A stretch of 64,000 bases of DNA from Bacteroidaceae bacterium (lineage in GTDB: Bacteria; Bacteroidota; Bacteroidia; Bacteroidales; Bacteroidaceae): the NCBI GenBank assembly GCA_024401115.1, contig JAKSLP010000007.1:13869-77868 (forward strand), read 5' to 3'. The translations under genes and the position numbers were made by a program. Within the stretch, counting starts at the first letter, position 1; each line of letters starts with the position of its first letter. The notes beneath the pieces were generated by a model. That model ran no database searches. It worked only from the letters and a program-made list of their open reading frames with translations, and had not been told where the DNA came from. Shown here piece after piece: positions 49,304-57,866 of this stretch.

Positions 49304-49311
49304 CAAAGATA
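49304..49311 (-). promoter_or_regulatory. -7 box TATCTTTG for the HU-like gene (implies an approximately 230-nt leader)
   Basis: Exact TAnnTTTG 240 nt upstream of the ATG at 49064. No closer exact box was seen. Confidence 0.35.
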
Positions 49312-49546
49312 CGGCTAATTTGCCCCAAAAAGAAGAGTTGTCACGCCAAACTGACCATCGTGTCACGAGTGTCGTGATATAGCAGACCCATTATTCTTTA
49401 TCACCATTGAGACGAGGATTACTCTTATCGATTAAAAGATATATTTTTACGTCTGCTATTTGCCGATTTTGACTATAAATGCCTTTTTACAACATTAAAA
49501 TTCTACAAATATCATCTTCTTTCTTGCAAAAGAAGAGTTTATTTCA

Positions 49547-49554
49547 TATATTTG
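49547..49554 (+). promoter_or_regulatory. -7 box TATATTTG for the ATPase/RloB operon
   Basis: Exact TAnnTTTG 47 nt upstream of the ATG at 49601. Confidence 0.45.
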
Positions 49555-49600
49555 CACACATATTCAGAATTCAGTAAATCTATAAACAATCCATACTCTT

Positions 49601-50893
49601 ATGATAGAATCAATCAGTTTCAAGAACGTCCTCTCGTTCCGTGACGAAGTAGAACTCAGTTTCGAGGCCGACGACGAGACCGCTACCGGAGCCCACGTCG
49701 CCATCATGCCCAACGGCATGCGCCTCCTTCGCCTTGGCATCGTGCTGGGTGCCAACGCCAGTGGCAAGAGTAACCTGCTCAAAGCCATCGACCGCCTGCG
49801 CTCGTTCTGGTTCCGCGAACCTAAGAACATGGACAGCCGCACACCTATCGAGCCATTCCTTCTCGACCGCGATACGCCCAACCTGCCATCCGAATACAGC
49901 ATCAAGTTCTGGACAAAGGGCATCCGCTACTGGTATCAGCTCAGCGTGACCAGCAACCGTGTCATCAGCGAAAAATTGTCTTACTACAAGACCACCCAGC
50001 CTATTTTCCTCTTCGACCGCCAGTTGGAGGGCGACCAGTCCGTCCTGCGCTTCAATCCCAAGGTACAATCGGTGAGTGCCGAGGAGCAGAAAGCCCTGTC
50101 GCTCTATTGTCTGCCAAACATGTCGTTCTTTGCAGCCCGTGGCAAAGTCAACACGAGCCTAGAATATATAGATGACGCGCGCGACTGGATGCGCGACTCC
50201 ATCATGCCGCTCATCACACCGAAGACCAGCCTCCTGCAAAACGGACACCATATGCTTGCCGAAAATGCAGAATTCAAGGAGCACCTTCTGAGTTTCCTCT
50301 ACGAGGCCGACTTTAACATCACCGGACTTATCAGTCATGTCGAAGAGCGTGCCATCCCAGAATCCATCAGACGAAGCATAATGGAGGATGACGAAGCTCC
50401 CGAGGAACTGAAGCAGCGCATCCTGGAGCGTCACACCATGCCAAGCCGCTCACTGGGCTTCCAGCATACGGTGGAGAATGAACGAGGACGTGAGACCTAC
50501 GAACTCACCTCCGAGCAGCAGAGCGATGGCACACGCCGCACCATGGGCATCGAGGCAGCTGTCTATGAGGCAGCCAAGGGTAATGCCTTCCTCTGTGTCG
50601 ATGAGATGGAGGCATCGCTCCATCCCGATCTTCTGGAGTATATCATCCAGCAGTTCATGCTGCAGGAGGGCGAAGGCCAGCTGCTCTTCACCACTCACTA
50701 CGACCCATTACTCAAGACCATCGACGACCTCATCCGCAAGGACAACGTATGGTTTGTCGAGAAGCAGCCATCGGGCAGCAGCGACCTCTATGCCCTCATC
50801 GAGTTCAAGGGGCTCAACAAGATGTCGGCAGTCAGCATGATGAACGCATACCGCAACGGTCGTTTCGGTGCACTTCCAGAAATCAAAGGTTGA
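49601..50893 (+). CDS. AAA_15/21-type ABC-like ATPase (AbiLi/RloA-like)
   Basis: Walker A GANASGKSNLL; Walker B/D-loop FLCVDEMEASLHPDL; typical MIESISFKNVLSF start. Confidence 0.8.
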   Translation: MIESISFKNVLSFRDEVELSFEADDETATGAHVAIMPNGMRLLRLGIVLGANASGKSNLLKAIDRLRSFWFREPKNMDSRTPIEPFLLDRDTPNLPSEYSIKFWTKGIRYWYQLSVTSNRVISEKLSYYKTTQPIFLFDRQLEGDQSVLRFNPKVQSVSAEEQKALSLYCLPNMSFFAARGKVNTSLEYIDDARDWMRDSIMPLITPKTSLLQNGHHMLAENAEFKEHLLSFLYEADFNITGLISHVEERAIPESIRRSIMEDDEAPEELKQRILERHTMPSRSLGFQHTVENERGRETYELTSEQQSDGTRRTMGIEAAVYEAAKGNAFLCVDEMEASLHPDLLEYIIQQFMLQEGEGQLLFTTHYDPLLKTIDDLIRKDNVWFVEKQPSGSSDLYALIEFKGLNKMSAVSMMNAYRNGRFGALPEIKG

Positions 50894-50899
50894 TTGTAT

Positions 50900-51511
50900 A
50901 TGGCAAGAAAGATAAACAAGCGTGAACAGCGCACACCCAAAGTCCGCATCGTCGGTGCCGGTATCACCGAGTTCTGGTACATGAAGCACCTCAAGTCACT
51001 TTGTGGGTTCAACTACGAGCTCCAGCCACGTGTCTTCGGCAACGAGTCGATGTTTGCCATCAACCGTTTCATCGACGAGGCCGTCAGCGAGCAGCAGCCC
51101 GTCATCTGCCTCTTCGACAATGATGTTGCCCAGTGGAACCAGGCTGAAGCTCAGCGTATGCGTCAGCTTCATCAGACCTACGATGGTAATCCCGATGTCC
51201 TGCTCTGCGATTCCATGCCGAGCATCGAGTACTGGTTTCTGCTCCATTACGAGCACACCAACCGTCACTTTGGCACCTCGGCCGCAGCCGTACAGGCTCT
51301 GCGCAAGTATCAGCCCAAGTTCGACAAAGGGTATCAGTTTCTCCAGAACCCTCGTTGGGTTTCTGAGATGAGCGGCGAAGGCCGCCTGCAGACAGCCCTC
51401 CAGCGTGCCGAGCAGTTCCCACCCGACTCTCCGAGCTACACCCGTATGCCTCTGGCCATACGCAGGTTGGAAGAGGAAAAGCAGAAATCAGAGCGCAATA
51501 AGAACAAATAA
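50900..51511 (+). CDS. RloB-family (AbiLii-like, Toprim-related) protein
   Basis: VICLFDNDV and SMPSIEYWFLLHYE motifs; ATG 6 nt after the ATPase stop. Confidence 0.7.
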   Translation: MARKINKREQRTPKVRIVGAGITEFWYMKHLKSLCGFNYELQPRVFGNESMFAINRFIDEAVSEQQPVICLFDNDVAQWNQAEAQRMRQLHQTYDGNPDVLLCDSMPSIEYWFLLHYEHTNRHFGTSAAAVQALRKYQPKFDKGYQFLQNPRWVSEMSGEGRLQTALQRAEQFPPDSPSYTRMPLAIRRLEEEKQKSERNKNK

Positions 51512-51532
51512 ATATCAAGCATCAAATAAAAT

Positions 51533-52468
51533 ATGACGCAAGCAGAAAGTTTTGAACAGAAGTTCCAAAAGCGTTTATCAGCAATTACATGCGGAGCCCA
51601 GATTGCAGAAATGTCCGCACACTCGTTGAAGGTTCTCACCAACGACTTCGAGGAGAAGTATGTCCTGCAGTTGATATGCAAGTGTAGTACTCCGGCCGAT
51701 CAGCTCACCATACTCGAAGCCATCGAGAAAGCATTTGACGGAGTGCATATCTATACATACGACTTCAATGAGCCTCAATACGACAAGGAGATTCCTGCCT
51801 ATTTCGAGCAATATCGTTTAGACCTGGAACTTGGAGTCTCTATCACTGATGCTGACATAGATATACCTGTTTCTGCCGCAGATTCCAAGTTTGAGGATTT
51901 GTGCAAATCGCTCATTGAACAGAGAAACAAGTTTGTACAACTAAACTCTGTCATGCATGATTTCGTGGGACAAGTACAGAGTGGAAATTCCGCTTACAAG
52001 AAAATCTCAGCCCAACTCAAAGACTACGAAGCCAAATGTAAAGAGTGCGATGATCTCAACAAACTAATCGGCGAACTGTCAGTGCAACTCGACGAAGCAC
52101 AAAAGATGAACAAGAAACTGGCTGAGAAAACCGATGCAAAGGTTGTAGAGCGCATCATTCGCAAATATCTCACTCAGTCAAAGAACAAGAGCACCGCTAA
52201 GAAAGAGCACATCAAGAACATCATTGACGAAATGGTAAATAGCGCCAACATCGAATTACCAGACGACCTGAAGGCTACGCTCGAATCCTTCGACAATGAG
52301 ACCCCTGCGCATATAGACAAAGCCGAGTTCTATGAGTCTGGCAGCTCCAAGAACGAGAACTGCAAGCAGGTGATTGCTGCTTCATTCCCTACTGCTCAGG
52401 CTTTCCCTCTCGAAAACAAAAAAACGTCACCACTACCTTGGGAGACTGATGGCGATCTGCCTTTCTAA
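51533..52468 (+). CDS. hypothetical coiled-coil protein
   Basis: 311 aa with a central K/E-rich helical stretch; same transcription unit as the ATPase/RloB pair; no family recognised. Confidence 0.55.
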   Translation: MTQAESFEQKFQKRLSAITCGAQIAEMSAHSLKVLTNDFEEKYVLQLICKCSTPADQLTILEAIEKAFDGVHIYTYDFNEPQYDKEIPAYFEQYRLDLELGVSITDADIDIPVSAADSKFEDLCKSLIEQRNKFVQLNSVMHDFVGQVQSGNSAYKKISAQLKDYEAKCKECDDLNKLIGELSVQLDEAQKMNKKLAEKTDAKVVERIIRKYLTQSKNKSTAKKEHIKNIIDEMVNSANIELPDDLKATLESFDNETPAHIDKAEFYESGSSKNENCKQVIAASFPTAQAFPLENKKTSPLPWETDGDLPF

Positions 52469-52479
52469 CGTAATAAAGT

Positions 52480-52974
52480 ATGGATACAAAACGATATATC
52501 AACTCCACCCATAACGAGAACTGCCGTCAGGTCTTCATCCAGACCCAAGACCCAGCAGCCCTATTGCGAGACTTTTTCAGAGATGCCGAGGATGCTGAGT
52601 TTGAGGAAGTCAAATCCGGTGAAGCCAGCGTTGAGTCTGAAACACCTCTTTCTATTGACGACAAGTTCTTTAAGGCTCTCAATGCCGTCATCACTGACGG
52701 CCTAATTGTACATTCATACGACTATCACATCATACAGTGGGTGTTTCAGGAGAAGTTCAGTGTTACGTTCAACAACGGCCAGTCATTTGTCGACTATCTC
52801 ACATCTCAGGGCATCACTCATAAACTGCCTTCTGCCGACAGCATCAACAAGAAGCTAAGTGACAGAGAAGGCAAATTCCCGAACTACACGTGGAAGAACA
52901 CTGACCACAACGAAGAGATTCGCCGCATCAACATTGCCAAGCGATTCTTCCGTGAAATGACTATCTTGAGGTAG
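52480..52974 (+). CDS. hypothetical protein
   Basis: 164 aa; shares a short NENC(K/R)QV motif with the C-terminus of the preceding protein; followed by the terminator at 53006-53040. Confidence 0.55.
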   Translation: MDTKRYINSTHNENCRQVFIQTQDPAALLRDFFRDAEDAEFEEVKSGEASVESETPLSIDDKFFKALNAVITDGLIVHSYDYHIIQWVFQEKFSVTFNNGQSFVDYLTSQGITHKLPSADSINKKLSDREGKFPNYTWKNTDHNEEIRRINIAKRFFREMTILR

Positions 52975-53005
52975 TCGTTATCATATAACAGAATTACTCT
53001 ATTTT

Positions 53006-53040
53006 AACCGCAATCCATCATTTGGGTTGCGGTTTTTTTA
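53006..53040 (+). terminator. rho-independent terminator ending the ATPase/RloB transcription unit
   Basis: AACCGCAATCCA...TGGGTTGCGGTT followed by TTTTTT. Confidence 0.7.
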
Positions 53041-53047
53041 TGTCATT

Positions 53048-53098
53048 TTCCGAGTGCCATTCCGAGTGTCGTTCGTATTTTCCGAGCGGCATTCCGAA
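53048..53098 (+). promoter_or_regulatory. four TTCCGA(G/A) repeats upstream of a promoter
   Basis: TTCCGAG at 53048, 53060 and 53080 and TTCCGAA at 53092 form two pairs, each 12 bp apart. They end 38 bp before the TAnnTTTG box at 53136. Confidence 0.4.
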
Positions 53099-53135
53099 TG
53101 GCATTTTTACTATTTTCTCTCTGAATATCAATACG

Positions 53136-53143
53136 TACCTTTG
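53136..53143 (+). promoter_or_regulatory. -7 box TACCTTTG for the 53227-58136 gene string
   Basis: Exact TAnnTTTG 84 nt upstream of the ATG at 53227. Confidence 0.4.
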
Positions 53144-53226
53144 CAGCAACAAAAGAAACAAGCGACTCATAATCAATTGTTTCTTGCGATAAATTCGATC
53201 TTTGACAATTTGAACAGAGCAAGAAA

Positions 53227-53502
53227 ATGAAGAAGTTTATTAACAAAGAGACAAGTGTACCAGGTGCACGTTGTCTCACACCCCAGCAGCAGCTGTGGGA
53301 ACTCATCGATGCATACCAGCAGGATATTATCCGTAAGGTATTCCGCAGATTGAAAAAACGTGATCAAGAGGATTTGTGTTATGCGATGGTGGCTTACATC
53401 CGCTTCCGCATTTTACGGGAATTTACATGCCCGTTCATGCAGACCCTCTTTCTTAGTTTCGTAGATCTGGTCGATGGAAAGTTTACAAACAAAAATGTTT
53501 AA
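53227..53502 (+). CDS. hypothetical protein
   Basis: 91 aa; first ORF after the TAnnTTTG box at 53136-53143. Confidence 0.5.
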   Translation: MKKFINKETSVPGARCLTPQQQLWELIDAYQQDIIRKVFRRLKKRDQEDLCYAMVAYIRFRILREFTCPFMQTLFLSFVDLVDGKFTNKNV

Positions 53503-53520
53503 TCGTAAAATACTTAAACT

Positions 53521-53817
53521 ATGAGAATTATTGATTTTAGTTTGAAGAATCCGGTCCGTATCACTCCGTTGAGTGGACAGACCCGTGTTTCTGTTAGTAC
53601 AAGTGGCGAAGTGGATATCACCGATGCTGTGCCAGGTTCCACCTCACGTGAACGCTCCATTACCCTAGCCGACACCGGTAAGGGTATTCTGAGCCGCTCA
53701 CCTAAAGGATTGAACCGCACCATTAAGATTACCCTTCCACTTGTAGAAGCCTCAGAGATGGAATTCCATCGTCAGGTTGGCATGTTGTTCGAGCTTGCTC
53801 GCATAAACAGCATCTGA
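53521..53817 (+). CDS. hypothetical protein
   Basis: 98 aa; 18 nt after the preceding ORF. Confidence 0.5.
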   Translation: MRIIDFSLKNPVRITPLSGQTRVSVSTSGEVDITDAVPGSTSRERSITLADTGKGILSRSPKGLNRTIKITLPLVEASEMEFHRQVGMLFELARINSI

Positions 53818-53840
53818 CACCTCTGAGAAAAGTGATCAAA

Positions 53841-54005
53841 ACGGTTATACAGTTATACAGTTTGTTTTTGAAGTATGGTTATTTCTGTTTATCTACTTTT
53901 ATATCCTTTATAACTATCTATATATTAATATATTATAAAGCGATAAATGGATATAGAGAAAGATGCACACCCTCCGAGATCTAACTGTATTAACTGTATA
54001 ACCGT
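53841..54005. repeat. 22/23-bp inverted repeat (2 x GTTATACA per arm) flanking a 120-bp AT-rich core
   Basis: The left arm 53841-53862 is ACGGTTATACAGTTATACAGTT. The right arm 53983-54005 is its reverse complement with one extra base. The core contains ATCTATATATTAATATATTATA. Confidence 0.9.
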
Positions 54006-54082
54006 ATATCAGAGTATTATGATTCCGCTTCTACCAATCCTCTCTGAGGTATGGCGCGAAGCGCTTAATTTATTATATTCCT

Positions 54083-55399
54083 ATGAAATACGATTTATTA
54101 TCACAAACTGCACCGCCCATGCCAGAACGCCTTCCGGGGTACGTCAAGCACGCCATCTCGAAGGTTCCCGATTATATGCGTCCGGCGGCTGCAAATGCAC
54201 TGTTTCCGCCCTCAGCGGCACAGATGCACGACGTAACGTTTCGTTTCGTTGACAATGTTCTGCACGAGCCAGGCTCAAAAATGGAGGGCTGTATTGCTCC
54301 CAGCGGCTTTGGCAAGGGTTATCTGGACGCTATGATCGAGGCAATTATCCGAAATCTGCGTCAGCATGACTCCGAATCACAGAAAAAGTTGGCTGAATAC
54401 GCTCGCATCTACAAATCTAAAGGCCAGTCTAAGGACAAGCCCGATAGACCCACCGATGCAGCTATACTTGTGCCCGAACCCGACATGACAAACCCTGCAC
54501 TGATTCTCCTTTTGCAGGATGCAGAACGCGAGGGCAACCGTTCACTATACACCACCATGGCCGAGGTTGACTTGCTTGACCAGTGTTGCGGTGGACACAA
54601 GAAGGTAACGAAGGTCATTCGCCTGAACTATGACACCAAGCGATATGGAGCACAGCGTGCCACGGTCGATGGCATCACCGGCAATCCTTTCCTGCGCTGG
54701 AAATTCAATTTCTCATGTGTTGAGGAAAAGGCTGTGTCATTCTTTAAGGCCAGCATGCTGGATGGTACACTGGGACGAATCGGCATCAGCTACCTCACCA
54801 GGGACTCTAAACGTAAGCGGGGTATCCCCCGTCAGGGCAACTATGATGAAGCCTACATAAAGAAGCTTGATGAGTATTTGATTCGACTTCGTGCTGCAAC
54901 AGGCGAGATTCATGTTCCCAAAATCAATAACCTTATCAACCGTCTCGACAATGAGATGGACGAGATTGCAGACCTTTCTGACTGTGACTTCTTCGAAACA
55001 ATGAACCACAGGTCAGTTAACATTGCATGGCAAAAAGGCTGTCTGCTGTACGTTGCTGAGGGCTATAAATGGAGCAAGGAAATTGCCGACTTTGTGGAGT
55101 GGAGTCTATATTATGATCTCTGGTCGAAGATTGCAGTGTTCGCACCACAGATGAAGAACAGCTGCAACCATATCATCCTTGACCAGCGCAAGTATGGCCC
55201 TGCCAATATGCTGGACATGTTAAGCGATTCGTTCACCGAGGATATGCTCTGCCAGTTGCGCCAGTCGCGTGGCATGTCGGTCTATTGTGCCAACCAGCTC
55301 AACACCTGGCAGTGCCGTGGCTACATTACCTACGACGAAAGTGCCAAGCTCTATACCAAGACCCCCGATTATCTGGCCACACACCCTTCAAAACCTTAA
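54083..55399 (+). CDS. hypothetical replication-associated protein (DUF3987/helicase-like, tentative)
   Basis: 438 aa directly upstream of a primase gene; contains a degenerate P-loop-like APSGFGKG. The family call is tentative. Confidence 0.45.
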   Translation: MKYDLLSQTAPPMPERLPGYVKHAISKVPDYMRPAAANALFPPSAAQMHDVTFRFVDNVLHEPGSKMEGCIAPSGFGKGYLDAMIEAIIRNLRQHDSESQKKLAEYARIYKSKGQSKDKPDRPTDAAILVPEPDMTNPALILLLQDAEREGNRSLYTTMAEVDLLDQCCGGHKKVTKVIRLNYDTKRYGAQRATVDGITGNPFLRWKFNFSCVEEKAVSFFKASMLDGTLGRIGISYLTRDSKRKRGIPRQGNYDEAYIKKLDEYLIRLRAATGEIHVPKINNLINRLDNEMDEIADLSDCDFFETMNHRSVNIAWQKGCLLYVAEGYKWSKEIADFVEWSLYYDLWSKIAVFAPQMKNSCNHIILDQRKYGPANMLDMLSDSFTEDMLCQLRQSRGMSVYCANQLNTWQCRGYITYDESAKLYTKTPDYLATHPSKP

Positions 55400-55405
55400 A
55401 GAGCC

Positions 55406-56374
55406 ATGGAAAGATATGAGATTCAAAAGCTTTGCGAGCTGCCTGTAGAGGCAGCCGCAAGGCGGTTGGGGCTGCAGGTCAGCCGTCACCACTCCCTGTG
55501 TTGCTTTCACGATGACCATTCCCCATCACTCTATTTCAACGTAAAGAAGAACACCTACCGGTGCTTCTCATGTGGAGCGCATGGTGGAGTAATAGATTTG
55601 GCCATGCACATGCTGAACAAGCCGTTTGTTGATGCCTGCCAATGGTTGGCCAATGAAAACAACATTATCCTTACTGAGTACAAACCATTGACCGAGAAAC
55701 CACGGTTGGAACCAAAAGTTGATTTGATTCACTTATCGCGGTTGGTAAGCCAGCCTTACCTGAACCAAGAAGCACAGCAATTCCTCTTTCATGAGCGACA
55801 CATACACCCGGCAGTAGTCCGCTGGTTAGGTCTGAGCAGCATTTCTACTTCAGTACCCATGAGTGGAGCCCCCTGGGAGAAATTCCACTTCAATGCGCCT
55901 TCGCTGCTTATCCCTTATAAGGACACCGATGGTCAACTAATGTCAGTGCAGGCCCGCCACCTTGGGAACAGTGAAAGACAAAACATACCCAGGTTCCAAT
56001 TTCCTAGGGGAAGCAAATGCCACATCTTTAATCTTCCTGTTCTGAAAATGCTGCGTGAAGGCGAGGATCTCTGGATAGCAGAGGGAAGCTCTGACTGTAT
56101 GGCGCTCTTATCCTCAGGAAGAAAGACCATTGCAATTCCATCGGCCACCTTACTGAATCATGAAGATATGCGTATGTTGGCAACATTGCTATCCCCATCG
56201 TCCAAACTCCATATCTTCCCGGATAAAGACCAGGCAGGCGAAAAACTGTACACCGACCTTCTCCGGGTAGCAACTGAAATCAAACGTTGCCTGGTCCGTC
56301 ACGACCTTCCTGAAGGCTGTTATAAGGATTTTGGTGACTATTGGAAGTTAAATTACAACAATCCTTCATTATGA
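55406..56374 (+). CDS. DNA primase-like protein (CHC2 zinc finger + Toprim)
   Basis: CCFHDDHSPSLYFNVKKNTYRCFSCGAHGGVIDL zinc finger; Toprim motifs IAEGSSDCMAL and FPDKDQAGE. Confidence 0.8.
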   Translation: MERYEIQKLCELPVEAAARRLGLQVSRHHSLCCFHDDHSPSLYFNVKKNTYRCFSCGAHGGVIDLAMHMLNKPFVDACQWLANENNIILTEYKPLTEKPRLEPKVDLIHLSRLVSQPYLNQEAQQFLFHERHIHPAVVRWLGLSSISTSVPMSGAPWEKFHFNAPSLLIPYKDTDGQLMSVQARHLGNSERQNIPRFQFPRGSKCHIFNLPVLKMLREGEDLWIAEGSSDCMALLSSGRKTIAIPSATLLNHEDMRMLATLLSPSSKLHIFPDKDQAGEKLYTDLLRVATEIKRCLVRHDLPEGCYKDFGDYWKLNYNNPSL

Positions 56375-56769
56375 TAATTGAAATTCAACGCTATAGAATT
56401 CATGGAGCCTGTTGCGACTCCACATTACACATCGATGGCCAACATGTCTGCGATTGTGCGGAGAATGCTGATTACCGGATACCAACGGGGCTTTATGATG
56501 TGGAGCTGCTATACAGCTCAGAGGCCCATCGTAAGGTTCCTACGCTAATCCCGGCCGATAGCAGTATTCTGGTTAAGTATGGATGCTTGCCTATCTTGAA
56601 GATGGGTAACGGTGTTCACACCAATTGCAAAGGACAGATTATCGTGGGTAAATATTGCATACCGGGTGTGGTCGTCCGTTCCCGTGATGCCTTCATGCCA
56701 CTTTACAACCGCATAAACAACTCCATGCGCCGTGGAAATATTGTTCAACTTAAAATTACTGAATTATGA
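56371..56769 (+). CDS. DUF5675-like protein
   Basis: ATGA overlap with the primase stop. The pattern ...DCAEN...RIPTGLYDVELLYS...VPTLIP...GNGVHTNCKGQIIVG resembles DUF5675 proteins of phage-like islands. Confidence 0.5.
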   Translation: MIIEIQRYRIHGACCDSTLHIDGQHVCDCAENADYRIPTGLYDVELLYSSEAHRKVPTLIPADSSILVKYGCLPILKMGNGVHTNCKGQIIVGKYCIPGVVVRSRDAFMPLYNRINNSMRRGNIVQLKITEL

Positions 56770-57041
56770 AGAACCTTTTCAAAGTAGTGGATCAGAAAGA
56801 GCCATTCCAAGTAACCAAAACTGATGGCACTCGTCTCAATAAGTGCCAGATTATCCTGCAGGAAGTCGGCGGCAAATACGTGAACAGCTATGTCTGCACG
56901 CTCATAGGCAATACCGCAACCTGTAAGTTCTACCCCGATGACCTTGTTTATGCAGCCCTCCGTTTCTCGCACTCCGAGTACCAGGGCAAGTTCTATCAGG
57001 ACATCACCGTACAGGATATCATCAGTTTTACTCATCACTAA
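56766..57041 (+). CDS. DUF3127-like (OB-fold) protein
   Basis: 91 aa; C-terminal SEYQGKFYQDITVQDI resembles the DUF3127 signature; 4-nt overlap with the upstream gene. Confidence 0.5.
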   Translation: MKNLFKVVDQKEPFQVTKTDGTRLNKCQIILQEVGGKYVNSYVCTLIGNTATCKFYPDDLVYAALRFSHSEYQGKFYQDITVQDIISFTHH

Positions 57042-57053
57042 ACTCACCCGCCT

Positions 57054-57458
57054 ATGAAGAAAATCCTTTTAGTCATCGTTACAAGCCTGGTGTGCTGCTC
57101 TTGTGGCAGCACCAAGCAAGTAACTCAGTTGGTGGAACATGTGCAGAAAGATACCATCTATCTCTCTAATGTACAATACGATAGTATCTACATTTACCAG
57201 GATCATCTACTTGACCGTTCTAAAGATACCGTCTATCTTAAAGACGTGTCGGTAGAGTATCGCTATAAGCTTTTGCGTGATACGGTAAGAGTAGTTCAAT
57301 GCGATAGCATTCCGTTCGAAGTGACCGTCACCGAAATAAAGGAAATCACCCGTCCGCTCACTTGGTTTGACCATCTCACCCGATCATGCTTCTGGTGTGT
57401 CATGAGCGCTCTTGGATTCAGCCTTTTTTGTTTTATCATCAAACAACGAAAGCAATGA
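57054..57458 (+). CDS. lipoprotein with C-terminal transmembrane helix (spanin-like architecture)
   Basis: N-terminal signal plus Cys cluster (SLVCCSCGS); C-terminal TM FWCVMSALGFSLFCFII; stop overlaps the amidase ATG (ATGA). Confidence 0.55.
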   Translation: MKKILLVIVTSLVCCSCGSTKQVTQLVEHVQKDTIYLSNVQYDSIYIYQDHLLDRSKDTVYLKDVSVEYRYKLLRDTVRVVQCDSIPFEVTVTEIKEITRPLTWFDHLTRSCFWCVMSALGFSLFCFIIKQRKQ

Positions 57459-57853
57459 GAAAGATAACCGAAATCATTATCCATTGTTCCGCCACCAAGG
57501 AAGGCATGGACTATACCGTTTCTGACATTGACCGCTGGCATCGAGCCCAAGGCTACCGCAAGATTGGCTACCACTTCGTCATCTATCGGGATGGCAGCAT
57601 CCATGTAGGCCGCTCCAAATCCGAAGTTGGAGCCCATTGCATCGGTCACAACTCCATCAGCATCGGCATCTGCTATGTCGGAGGTTTATCAGCCGATGGC
57701 AAGCCCAAAGATACCCGTACACCTCAGCAGAAAGATTCGCTCCTGGCCCTGATTGAGCAGTTGAAAGAAGAGTTCCCTGGAGTGTCAATCCATGGGCACA
57801 ACGAGTTTGCCAATAAGGCATGCCCATGTTTCCGGGTGCCAGAAGAGTTATAA
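57455..57853 (+). CDS. N-acetylmuramoyl-L-alanine amidase (Amidase_2/PGRP type)
   Basis: IIHCSATKEG, IGYHFVIYRDG, GAHCIGHN and NKACPCF motifs. Confidence 0.88.
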   Translation: MRKITEIIIHCSATKEGMDYTVSDIDRWHRAQGYRKIGYHFVIYRDGSIHVGRSKSEVGAHCIGHNSISIGICYVGGLSADGKPKDTRTPQQKDSLLALIEQLKEEFPGVSIHGHNEFANKACPCFRVPEEL

Positions 57854-57866
57854 TCCTAAAATCTAT

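Noticed and set aside
49610-51518. Multiple long overlapping ORFs in other frames (for example 49610-50068, 50478-50840, 51003-51371, 51102-51518).
   Set aside because: They are a by-product of the high GC content of the ATPase/RloB pair. None has motifs, whereas the annotated frames carry Walker and RloB signatures.
53947-54252. 101-aa ORF spanning the right arm of the inverted repeat and overlapping the start of the 438-aa gene.
   Set aside because: It begins in the AT-rich core and overlaps a better-supported gene in another frame.
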